A stretch of DNA of 64,000 bases from the NCBI GenBank assembly GCA_031835245.2, contig JAVKOQ020000091.1:1-64000 (forward strand), written 5' to 3'. Made by a program: the position numbers and the translations under genes. Under the pieces are notes generated by a model. It saw only the letters and a list, made by a program, of their open reading frames with translations, made no database searches and was not told the DNA's origin. The DNA comes from Balamuthia mandrillaris. Its lineage: Eukaryota. The first letter of the stretch is position 1; each line of letters begins with the position of its first letter. Shown one piece after another: positions 51,631 to 62,655 of the stretch.

Positions 51631-53691
51631 ATGATCAAGTTGGAAAGGATCACTTCGCCTTCAAATACACCAGCAAGAACCATGCAGGAAGAAGAGGAAG
51701 AGGAACAATCACGTCACCTGATGTTTCATTCTCCTCCTTTGCCTTCTCCCATTGTTCGACTAACTCCATCTGCATCTTCCACAACATTAACCCCTTTTCC
51801 TCCTATTCGAATGGTAGAACCATCGTCTGGAGGAAACTCCCTGCTTTATCCATTTCCCTCCTCCCCTTCCTTTTCTTCTTCCTCTCCTGCGAATGGGTTG
51901 TCCTTGCTCTCATTGTCCGCAGCAGCTATGCAACATGGGAAACTCCGAACCTCGGATAATTATCTTAAACGACCCCATTCACTCGGCAACAATCGCGATG
52001 TTTCTGCGGAGAAATCCACTTCGGAGACACTCTTCTCGCAGGCGAAGCGAGGTAAAGAGGGAGAAGCAGGAGAAGAAGATGGGGAAGCCGACGACAAATC
52101 ACGACAACACTCCCCAACATTTTATCAAACCTCCCCAACCAAAAAGTTGAAGCTCTCCCCTTCTTCATCATCACCTACTTCAACGACTCACAATTATCGC
52201 AGCAATACTCCGTTTTCTCCTTCCTCTTGCTCTTCTTCCAACAACAAATTCAAACGAGAACCCCAAAAAAGCGAACAAACTGCAGAGCGAACTTCTTCTC
52301 AACGCCCACAAGATCGTTTCTCTTCTGCACGAACAAGAGGGTGGACAGGTCCCAGAAAACAAGAGCTTGTACGTTGCGGAAGAAGAGATTGCGCCTTTCC
52401 AACTCTGCCAGCAAAGCTGTGGACCGAAGTGCGGCATACATTTGGCCAACTCAACTCGGAGGAGAAGCAAGAGGCCGTCAGACAGTTTGTGCAGGTGCGT
52501 CACGTGGGACCCAAGATGGAGCGATGCCAGTACAGCTTTAATGGCAAGGATCCTCTCTGCAAGAATCACATGTGCTTCATCCTGCGAATAGGAGGGAGTC
52601 AGCTGTCGAGAATGGCCTCGGAGGCTCCGTTGAAGCCGTCAAGAAGAGGTAGACACAGCAACCGACCAAACAGAAAGAGCCTTGTTGGGCTATTGTGTCA
52701 TGAACAACAGCATTCTTCACACCATGCTTCTTCCTCTTCGTCTTCCTCGTCGTCGTCCTCTTCACCTTCTTCTCCTTCAGGCTCTGCTTTAACATCTTCA
52801 GTTTGTTCTATGGAAGGATTTACTTGGGAGACGGGAGCACAAACCTCAACACAGCTGATAAACAAGAAACTGCCTTCTCCTTCATCTGCCTCCCCTCCTA
52901 CCTCTTCTTCCGCTTCTTCACTTTCTTCTTCTTCACATCATGGATCTTCTTCGTTTTCTTCTTCTGGACGACAGCCAAACCATTACACGCCTTATCCTCA
53001 TAATGTTCCTTTCTTTGTTCCTCGACAAAATGATCAACAATTTCTACAACAGCAAGGATTTACTCTTCATCCTTTTCATCACTCCGCTTCAGGTCAACCA
53101 GTTTACTTTTCGTCTCCAACCATTAGCCAGTCTCGCCCTCATAATCCCCCTTCTCCGCAACACATTGCTGGGTATCCTTACCCGTATCCACCACATTCCC
53201 ATCCTGCATACTTTTCTCCTTCTCCTTCCTCATCTTCTGCTGCCCCAATACTCCCGTCTTTTCCTTCTTTAGCCTCCGTTTCTGCTCCTTCTTCCTCATC
53301 TGCTTCGTTCTCACTTCCTCAAATGGCTCCGTTTTTTCATCAACCTCAGCAACATCAAACATTCTTCCAACATTCTCCGCTCTCTTTTCCTATGCTGCCC
53401 AATCCTACTTCAGAGCTTTCCTCTCCTTCTTCAACAAAGACGCCTTCACTTCCAATTGTCTTACCTCAACCTCAAATCGCATCTTCTAGCCCTCCTCGAT
53501 TTTTTCAATCCCCTTCTTCTTCTTCAACGAATAGCGCGACGAGAGCGATGCAACCGCCTTCTTTACACGCCCTCTTTAGCGACGCCTCCTCTCCGTTTGG
53601 TGTGCATAATGACATTCAACTTCCTCCTTTTCTACTACAACAACACTCGTCGCAGTCTTCTTCCTCTTCCTCTTCCTCTTCTTCTTCCTGA
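51631..53691 (+). CDS. Intronless Ser/Pro/Gln-rich putative transcription factor with a central Cys/His transposase-like domain
   Basis: Uninterrupted ~686-aa frame. The only globular part is CGRRDC..RHTFGQL..EKQEAVRQFV..YSF..LCKNHMCFILRIG..RRGRHSNRPN; a basic NLS-like PTKKLK is present. Confidence 0.8.
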   Translation: MIKLERITSPSNTPARTMQEEEEEEQSRHLMFHSPPLPSPIVRLTPSASSTTLTPFPPIRMVEPSSGGNSLLYPFPSSPSFSSSSPANGLSLLSLSAAAMQHGKLRTSDNYLKRPHSLGNNRDVSAEKSTSETLFSQAKRGKEGEAGEEDGEADDKSRQHSPTFYQTSPTKKLKLSPSSSSPTSTTHNYRSNTPFSPSSCSSSNNKFKREPQKSEQTAERTSSQRPQDRFSSARTRGWTGPRKQELVRCGRRDCAFPTLPAKLWTEVRHTFGQLNSEEKQEAVRQFVQVRHVGPKMERCQYSFNGKDPLCKNHMCFILRIGGSQLSRMASEAPLKPSRRGRHSNRPNRKSLVGLLCHEQQHSSHHASSSSSSSSSSSSPSSPSGSALTSSVCSMEGFTWETGAQTSTQLINKKLPSPSSASPPTSSSASSLSSSSHHGSSSFSSSGRQPNHYTPYPHNVPFFVPRQNDQQFLQQQGFTLHPFHHSASGQPVYFSSPTISQSRPHNPPSPQHIAGYPYPYPPHSHPAYFSPSPSSSSAAPILPSFPSLASVSAPSSSSASFSLPQMAPFFHQPQQHQTFFQHSPLSFPMLPNPTSELSSPSSTKTPSLPIVLPQPQIASSSPPRFFQSPSSSSTNSATRAMQPPSLHALFSDASSPFGVHNDIQLPPFLLQQHSSQSSSSSSSSSSS

Positions 53692-53763
53692 CTTTACTTG
53701 CTTTTTAATAAAAAACAAGGAAAAGAGTTTGTTGTTATGTATCTTTTTTTTAAAAAAATGGAG

Positions 53764-55417
53764 TCATCCAAAGCGAAAGGAAGAAAGAACTGGACGATGG
53801 TCCGAAACGAACTGACCTTCTTGTTGTTCTGGCCATTCCTTTTTGTTTGAAAAAAATGTTTGTTTCGTGGAGAGAGAAGGAGAGGAAAGAATAAGAAGGA
53901 AAAAGAACCTCATCGGGAACTCCTTCGGGCAACAAACATGCTTTCAACACGTCCACCGTTCTTATCCGCTCCTCCATTCGTTTGTTCTGCTTTTGAACCA
54001 ACAAAGTTTCTTCTTCTTGTTCTTCTTGTTCTTCTTCTTCTTCTTCTTCTTCTTCTTCTTCTTCTTCTTCTTCTTCTTCTTCTTCTTCTTCTTCTTCTTC
54101 TTGGTCTCTTAACAACCGTTTAAACCAAATGTAATCGCAGGCAACCAAGCGAGAACGATGGTCTTTGTGGGTGATGAGAGCCTCCCTGCCATGCGCTCGT
54201 TGGAAGCTGGAAAGGAAGCCCCTTTCTTCCATCAGCCGATAAACAGGAGACCTCGAGGAAGCATTAAAGTCTCCACAAAAGAGAATGGTGAGAGAGGAAG
54301 AAGAAGAAGAAAGGAGGTGGTGAGATGTTTGGTCGAGCTGTTGAAGAATGCGTTTGAGCTCAAAGAGTTGCAATGCGGCGGAGCAGCAGTTGTGAGGGAA
54401 GGAGAGATGTGTGTTTACCACCAACAATGATGGAGAAGAAGACGAAGAAGCAGAAGAAGCAGAGCAAGAACGGGAAGATGATGAAAGAACGAGGAGTTGC
54501 GCCACACGAGAGGAGAAGCAGGAGGGTTGGATGCGAAACGCTTGCGTTACGGTGAAGGCGAGACCGTTGCGAACGAGAGTGAGACACCCATCCTTCTTGC
54601 TTCCTGTTTTTGTCCCAACGTTCATTTTAATGCGAGAGAGAAAGACGAGAGAGCGACGGAAAGAAGAGAATAAGAGCACATAAGAGAAGGGAGGAGGAGG
54701 AGCAGGAGGAGGGGGAGAAGAAGAAGAAGAAGAACAAGAACAAGAACAAGAAGAAGAAGAACAAGAAGAAGAAGAACAAGAAGAACAAGAACAAGAACAA
54801 GAAGAAGAAGAAGAAGAAGAAGAAGAAGAACAAGAAGAAGAACAACAAGAACAAGAACAAGAACAAGAACAAGAACAAGAACAAGAACAAGAACAAGAAC
54901 AAGAACAAGAACAAGAACAAGAACAAGAACAAGCAGCAGCAGAAAAACAAGAACAAGAATAGAGGAGGAAGACCTGGCCGCTTACAGGGATATACAGCAT
55001 AACTAATATGAACAAAAACTAAAGTCAGCGAGCGAAATATATACAACAACTGCAAACGGACCTTTCGCGAAAGGCAGCAAGAAACCGATCGGAAAACGCC
55101 GGGTGAAACCAGAACTCTTGCAGGCAGACTATATCGGCGTCAGCACCGAGCAACACCTTCACCACGGCCTCGCATCTGGCTGCGAACAGTTCTTCGTGCA
55201 TGCTCTCCAGTTCCACTCGTTCCTTTGTTTCGTTGTGGTTGGTTCGAGGAGAAAAGAAGAAGGTGGGACGGATGGATGGAGCGGGTACCCAAAACGAGGA
55301 GCGAGGGAGGCGATCAGCGAGCTGCAGACGGTAATAACAAGGCGCTAACACGTTGAAGCTGATCACGGAAAGGGCGTGGTTCTGGCGGTCCATGCAGGAG
55401 TCTATCATCATCTTCAT
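53764..55417 (-). CDS. Endonuclease/exonuclease/phosphatase (EEP; CCR4/nocturnin-like) protein
   Basis: SFNVLAP; DIVCLQEFW; DGCLTLV; NTHL; CGDFN; DYIW; SDHRPV. Start could be 55417 or 55393. Confidence 0.9.
54716..54960. repeat. (GAA/CAA)n microsatellite in an EEP intron
   Basis: Same compound repeat as 1212-1700. Similar tracts lie near 4070-4120, 5030-5150, 22745-22860 and 39600-39740. Confidence 0.9.
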
Positions 55418-55529
55418 TAAAACACACAAAAAAACCATACAGGAAAAAAAAATAATTATACAAAACATTACAATGTGACAGTTTTTTTTTAATGTGATCG
55501 CAAGTGTTAGAGATATTTGATGTGCTCAA

Positions 55530-55600
55530 GCATCCGTAGTCTAGGGGCATGATTTCCGCCTGCCACGCGGGAGGCCCGGGTTCAACTCCCGGCGGATGCA
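55530..55600 (+). tRNA. tRNA-Gly(GCC)
   Basis: GCATCCG/CGGATGC acceptor stem, anticodon loop CTGCCAC, T-arm GGTTCAACTCC, downstream T-run. Confidence 0.95.
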
Positions 55601-55977
55601 CATTCTTTTTTTGCTCGTAGGACTTTTTGTTTTGGTTTGCCTAGTCGCCAGCGTAAGGAAGAACATAATTCAAAGAAAACAAAAACGAAAACAAAAACTG
55701 ATGTACTCTCGCGGAAAGCAGCCTGTATTTGTTATGAGTAAATAGAGGTTGCTCGCCAGGCGAACGCACGAATAAACTATTCTTCAACTACAAGTTTAAT
55801 CCTAGTGGTTCATCATCTTTCCTTTAAACTGTTACTTTCTTTCTTTCTTCGGTGTTAAACTTTCCTTCCGGTTTTGTCGCAGGAAGGAGTCCGTCCGTCT
55901 CCTACCCTGCTGTCCAAAGTTCTGAAGTTGAACTTCCATCCGCAATAAGCTATGTATTAAAAAGGGCAAAAAGAATG

Positions 55978-56048
55978 TGCATCCGCCGGGAGTTGAACCC
56001 GGGCCTCCCGCGTGGCAGGCGGAAATCATGCCCCTAGACTACGGATGC
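55978..56048 (-). tRNA. tRNA-Gly(GCC), identical inverted copy
   Basis: Exact reverse complement of 55530-55600, with its own T-run terminator. Confidence 0.95.
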
Positions 56049-56222
56049 TTGTGCACACTCGACCTACCAAATCCTGCCAAGCTTTGCCCATTTTTCTTCC
56101 CTATTGCCCGGTTTTTCAAGCCTCCGTAAATTCCCCGAGTGGCTCAAAATGAGCCGTTAAACGCAAAAAAGAGGAAAAATAGAAGAAAGAGAGGAAAAAC
56201 GGCAGAAAACCCAACGCACCAG

Positions 56223-56688
56223 ATGGAGGGAGAGGGAAGGGTCGAAGATTCGTCCTCGTTTCTTCCTCTGGAGCTGGTGGGGCACGACGGCGGAGGAGGG
56301 GGGGAAGAAGCAGCAGCAAACAGAGCCAACTCGTCCTCCTCTTCCTTTGGAGAAGTAGAAGATTCGCTCTTCCCTCCGACCTCGACAGAATTTTTTGACC
56401 TGGTGGCGGAAGAAGGCTCTTCATCGTCTTCACGTAAGTCAATCTTTTTTTTCTTTCTTTTTATTTTTTTTTTCTTCAACTTTTCTTTTTTTTTTTCTGT
56501 TTCTTTTTTTTCATTTTAAAATTTTTCTTTTAAAAATGAAATAGAAAAAGAAAGAGAGGAGGAGGAAGCCACCCAATATCTGATGGAAGAAGCGAAACCT
56601 GCCTCCGACCCTCCTCCTTTGAACGCGCTTCGGGAAGGAGAAGAAGCGGGAACAGGGGGAGAGGAAGAAGAAGCAGAGAGAGCACAAA

Positions 56689-56730
<42 letters not shown>

Positions 56731-59700
56731 GAGAAAGGGAAGCCACAAGCAACGCAAAAAGAAGAGGCAGGAGAAGAGGAACAACTTCTTCCTCCTCCTC
56801 CTCTTCTGCTGCCAACAAAAGAAAACGCGGTGAAGAGTTGTCCTCAACAACAACAACAGCAACCACCACCACCAACGACAACGACACCAACACCAAACGA
56901 AGAAGAACCTCCGCTGCCGCCGGAAGACCGGAACAACTTCAAAGAAACCACAAAGCAGATACAACGAAGAAAGGAAGAAAGCCACAAGAAGTAGGAGAAG
57001 AAGAAGAAGCAGAGGCAGAGCTTGCACGAGCAACAACCGCAAAAGCAGAACAAGCGGAAGAGGAAGTGGAGGAAGCAGAGGACGCAGGAGAAGGAGCCAC
57101 GGATCACCCATTCACCAAGCGGAGACGACGCCCTCTCCCTCCGTTCGTGCTCCCCACGAGACACGCCGTACCAGTGGTTCGCTCCTACCGGCGTGGGCGC
57201 CTCTCTGCCGCCGCCATTGCTGCTGCCGCCGCCGCTGCAGCTCAAAACAACAACAGAGGCACCGTTGAAAGAACAACGACGACAACGACAACCATAACAA
57301 CAACGACCGTGACGCCAACAACAAAAACAGCCACAACTACAACGAGAAAACATTCTGCTTCTGCTTCCACCTCCGCCAAAAATAAGAACAAGGCGATAAG
57401 TAAGAGAAGCAGAACTGCTGCTGCTAAAAAGACGGCAGTGAAAGAAGAGGCAGAAGAAAGAGAAGAGAAAGAGGAGGTGGGTGAGAGGATGAATGAGAAC
57501 AAAAAAGCAAAAGAGGAAGAAAAGGAAGAGGAGCAGCAAACAATGGAAGAACAAACCGCAAAGGAAGCGGTGGACGAAAAGGAACAGCATGAGAAAGATG
57601 CGGATGAAGCAAGTGAAGAGAAAGAGGAACAGGAGGAGAAAGAGCAAGAAGCATCAAACGTGACAATGGCGGCAAGTTCGAGAACTTCTCGTGGTGGAAG
57701 GTCCATCAAAGCTCCTTCCAACAAATGGCTGGATGAGGATAAAACTTCCTTGTCTGTTTCTCCGGCTGAGGGAGATGAGGAGGAGACAGAAAACAAAACG
57801 GAACAGAAAATAGGAATGGCAATGGAAAACGAAGAGCAAACGAGTATACAGGTAGAGGAAATGGAGAAGACGGATGAAGAGAAGCAAATAAAGGAAGAAA
57901 GGGAGGAACTCGACGAAGAAGCGCAAGAACAGCACCAGGAGAAGGCATTGCAGCAACAAGACGAAGGTAGAACAACAGCAGCTGGTAGAGATGAAGAACG
58001 AGAGGGTGCTTCAACACTAAAAACGGGAGATTCGATTATGGAAGTGGTTCCGTCCTCCGCTGATTCCTCTGAAGACGAAGAGAACAAAGCTTATTTTGTG
58101 GAGAAAGAAGAGGATCAACGCAGTAAAGGACAAGAGGAAGCAGAACAAGAACAAGAAGAGCCAGAACAAGAAAAGGATGTCAATGCAACAACTTTGTTGG
58201 ATAGAGAAGAAGAGAGACGGCCTCGCAAAATGTTGACGGTCTCTTCCGAAGAGGAAAACGATGACGAAAGTAACATTACAGAAAGGAAGCAGCGGTCAGC
58301 AACAAGAACAAGAAATAAGAAGCAACAACAGAACGGCAAAACGAACACAACTGCAATTATGCCAGCGACAAATAAGAAGAAAGCGAAGAGCTCGGAACTT
58401 AGCAACAACACTACGAACACAAATGCAAAAACATCTGAAAAGATGTATCGTTGCAAGCATTGCGGTGGTGTCTGGCCAAGGGACGCCTTTAGGAACTCAC
58501 AACAGTTTGGAGCTCATGTCAGTAACTGTGTTCAGGGCAAAGGCTCCTTTGGTATTCGTAAAAAGAGGAAAGAGAAAATGGCTCAAGCTGCCCGCCTCTC
58601 CTCTGCTCGATCCACTCGTATGTATTTTTTTATTGTCTACTTTTTTTTTCAGTATCTCATTTCAATAATTATCAGCAGCTCGTACTCTTCGAGCCTCCAG
58701 CTATCGTGGTGCCTCAGCTGCTGCATCTCTCAATAACGACACTGCGATCATCGAAGCTGCCTCTTCCAAAAAGTCATCGTGGGGACGAGCCATCAAACAC
58801 CGACAGTGGGGCGAAGGTGACCGTTATCCAGATGATTCTTCCTCTCCCTTTCATCATGCTCACCATGGTGCTCCGGGTAAGGAGGAAGGACCTTATCATC
58901 CCTCCGAAGCGATGAAGGAATGGCCCGTTCTTGGACGTATGACGCCCTACTTGAGAGGCAAGATAGTGGCGATGGACTTGCTCTCCACCGACCTCATTCT
59001 TTCAAGCTTTGCGTACCTGTGCAGCGCACGGGACCTGTGCAACCTCCAGCAGACTTGCCGGTATTTCTATATTCTAGTTACTGCTGATGACTCACTTTGG
59101 TACTTGTTTCATTTTGGCTTTGACGGCTCTCGTTCCTCTTTCTGTTCTCTCTCTAACTTAGCTGAATACACTTTCCTTCTGTAGGAAAAACCTTTATGAG
59201 CATACAGGCAAAGAAACCGCGCAATCGCAACTACAATCAACCTCAACAATGTCAACGGTGAAGCAACAACAAAGACAAGAAAGCGATCGTCGTGACAACT
59301 CATCTTCTGCTCTCTCCACTTGGAGAGAAAAGTTCATTCAAAGAACGTACGAAACTCAACTTCAAAAACGGCAACAACAGACTTCTTCTTCAAACTCAAC
59401 AACAGCCCCACCTTCTCTCCCTCATCCCCTTCGACTTCGCTCCTCCTCTTCTTCACCTCCGCATCAAACAGTGGTCATCAACGCTCTGAATCATCCGCAC
59501 AGTCACTTGATAAACAGGAAGAAGCTGAAAACGATGGAACGGCGATGGAAGGACCACCTCAAAGAACGAAAGCAACAGCAACGTTCTTGGTGGTCCCTTA
59601 AGGATAAGAAGGGGATTGACGATATCAATGAAGAAGAAACGATGATGGCATCTCACTTTCATCACCAAGAAAGCGAATGGATAGTTGAGAAGATACTCGC

Positions 59701-61000
59701 CACCAAGTTAGTTAGGCTTACTTCCTCCTCTGCTTCGTCTTCTCCTTTCACGTCTCTTTCTTCTTCATCTTCGCCAAAAGAAGAAATGGAGAACAAGAAA
59801 AAAGAAGAACAGACGGAAGAACAAGCAAATAACTGGAAGAGGATTCAACAGAAGCAACAAAAGGCGAACATGTTCTACTTTGTGCGTTGGGAAGGTCGCG
59901 ATGAGTCCTTAAACAGTTGGGTGGATGAGAAGGACATGTTCTCGGAAGACTTGTTACAGTATTACCGCAAGAAGGACTCTCCGATCATCGCTCTTTCCTC
60001 TTTGCCCTTTCCTTCCTCTTCTTCCTCAATTTCTTCGTTCGACACAAGCCCTCTTCTTCCTTCGTTTTTTCCAAAGCCAACAGCGCCAAACACGAGGAGG
60101 CTTTGTGGGGATGGACCCGGTTGGCGAAAGAGGAGGGGGCCGATCGCAGAAGCATCGCCTTCGTCGATGGACGTCGCATATCCACAACAAGGAGGAGAAG
60201 GAAAAGAAGCCAAAGTGGATTATTACTTTGACTTTTTGGATTACTACAGCCACGACGATGACGACGAGGATGATGAGGACGAAGAGGATCGGGTGGTCGT
60301 GTTGGGAGAAGAGGGAGATGACTTTCTTGTGCTGGACAGCGAGGAAGATGATGAAGAGAATGAAGAGAATGATGAGGATGAAGACAGCTTCGTCGTTGGA
60401 GAGAACGGTGATCTAAGAAGAACTCGTCTGCATCCCCGCCGTTCTGCCTCCACGTCCTCCACGAAGAGAGAAAGAAGAAGACGCAGAGAGCAACAAAGAT
60501 GGAGACACCGTCGTCGTCGAAGTTATAGCGAGGAGGAAGAGGAAGAAGAAGAGGAAGAAAGCGAGGTGGAGGGAGAAGAGGAGGTCTTGAATGTCGACCA
60601 CGACGACGAGAACGACCACGATGAAGAGGGAGAGGTCTTCTTCTCCTCTTCCTCCGCTTTGGACGAGGATGAGGAGGAAGAAGAGGAGTCCGAGGTGGAG
60701 GAAGACTTTGGCTCACGAAGCAGCAGAAACAAAAGAGGGCGCAAGCGCAAAAGAGGTCGTCCTCCTCTCGCCAAACCACAAAAGAACGCCAACCAGAACA
60801 GCAACAAAAAGATGAAGCACTTGAAGAGAACCTCCTCCTCGTCGTCCCTCGCAACGACGAACAACGTCTTGGGCGGAGGGCAGCTCATCGAGCGCGTGCC
60901 GGAGACGGATGAGGAGAGGCAGCGGCAGAGGACCGAGTTTCTGCGCCTGTTAAAGCACTCGCCCAAACCTGTTTTACTGTTGTTCAACAGCAAATCATAA
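56223..61000 (+). CDS. Large acidic/basic nuclear protein: C2HC zinc finger, F-box, chromodomain, AT-hook; 4 exons
   Basis: GT-AG introns (~56433-56543, ~58618-58675, ~59100-59184) join four frames. Motifs: YRCKHCG..FGAHVSNC; LLSTDLILSSFAYLCSARDLCNLQQTCRYF..LW|KNLY; EWIVEKIL..YFVRWEG..NSWVDEKDM; KRGRPP. Confidence 0.85.
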
Positions 61001-61287
61001 GTTTCTAAAAAAATCCAACTATTGCAAACCATCGGATTGAGCGATTTGAGAGAGAGAGAGAGAAAGAGAAAGCATTGATTGCAAGTAAAGCGATTGGATT
61101 TTAATCATATTTTGTTAAAAAAAAGTAGGAGCAAGAGAAAAGGAAGCCTGAAGAAAGTAATCACTCCGGTATGTACCTGATGGAAAAAGAAATGGGGGGA
61201 TGAAAAAGAAAAAAAAGTAAGCATTTGCTTCACATACAGAACAAATCAAAAACAGTGAAAGAAAAATAATAAGTTGAAAAAAAAGTG

Positions 61288-61445
61288 TAGTGTAGTTTCT
61301 TAATGGAAGTGAAAGCAGTACAGAGTTTTCACTACAATCACTAACGAAAGAAACCAGAGTTAAAAAAACCAACATTTTTCTTCGAACAAACCGCGGCGTT
61401 GGGATGAAGACCATCCCAACAAGCGGCCCACACGTTCGAAAGAAA
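61288..61445 (-). ncRNA. Box H/ACA snoRNA candidate; 3' hairpin predicted to guide LSU rRNA pseudouridylation
   Basis: Hairpin, box H (AGAAAA, 61381-61376), hairpin, then ACA (61293-61291) plus 3 nt. Pocket strands UUCGUU and UCCAUU are complementary to conserved LSU AAUGGA-U-N-AACGAG; the pocket top lies 14 nt from ACA. Confidence 0.75.
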
Positions 61446-62117
61446 GTCAAATTTTTTTGGTTTGCTTTCCCACAAATGTAACAAGCAGTAGGAATCGTCA
61501 AACAAATGACACTCCCGTGCTCTGACTATTGTGGTGTGTGCTTTTTTTGGTTGTGTTTCCAATCAAGTAGCACATGTGTTTTTTTGTTGAACAAAAAGAA
61601 AAAAAAATAAAGAGAGGGGGGGGGGGTGTTGTGTGTATGTGGCAAAACAACTCGAAAGAACAATCAAAAGTTAAAGTAAACGCATCATGGAGAACGGAAA
61701 ACAACACCTTTTTTTTTTGTTTTTGTTTTTGTTTTTGTGAAAACTCCTCCCCCTTCACTCAGCCCATACGCAATAGCTTTCGGAAGGCCCCTTTAAACAC
61801 CTTTTGTTTCGCTTGCAGTGACTTTTGTTTGTGAAAAATAAAAAAAAAAAATAGGAGAGAAAAGAGGGGGGGGAAAAAAAAGTAAAAGGAGGGGAAAAAA
61901 ACGAGGTAAGGAGTCGACGAAAAACCAAAGGCGAGGGTTTTGTCCTCATCAGCCAATTGTAAATCATAAATGTGGTTTTGAGATCGTGGAACCCTCGACT
62001 GTTACCTTAAATTTTAAGGACTTTGAAGAAAGAAAGAAAAAGAGAAGAAAGAAAGCAGCGATTCGATTCGACTGATTGGGCGACAGGGATTGATTTTTGT
62101 GCGATAAAATAACAAAG

Positions 62118-62606
62118 ATGGCGTTCCGGTTGTCGAGCGGTGTAACTTCCTTTTCCACTTCCTCACTGAGGGGTTGCTCTTTGGGCAGGGTCGGCGGAGC
62201 TCTCAGGAGCTATGGCTCCCTCTCCTCCTCCCCTCGCTTTGCCCCTTTGTCGCGACAGTGGTTCACTGCCACCACCCGCTCTGGCTCCCAGCTGCTCGCC
62301 CCAGCTACTCGGGCCTCTGTCTCGGCTTTTAGCGGAGCGTCCAAGCGCTTCTATGCTTCTGATAGTGGTATGGCGCTACTTTTTTGTGTTGATTTTTAAA
62401 TTGTTGGATTGATTTCGAGTTCTGACAAAAAAAAAACACAAAGGAGTGTACTCCAAAGCCATTGTCTCTGTTTGTGAGACGGAGCTGGAGAACCTTCAAC
62501 TGGAGGACACTGAGACCGAGCTCAACGATTTCCTCTCCCGCCATAACTATTCTGTAAGTATTTTCGTCTTCTCTCTCTTCTTCCTCCTTTTCGTTGCTTC
62601 TCTTGT

Positions 62607-62655
<49 letters not shown>

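Noticed and set aside
61290..61460. U5 snRNA (ACTCTGGTTTCT start on the minus strand; Sm-like AATTTTTTTGG on the plus strand)
   Set aside because: The invariant loop I GCCUUUUAC is absent, and the H/ACA model explains the structure better.
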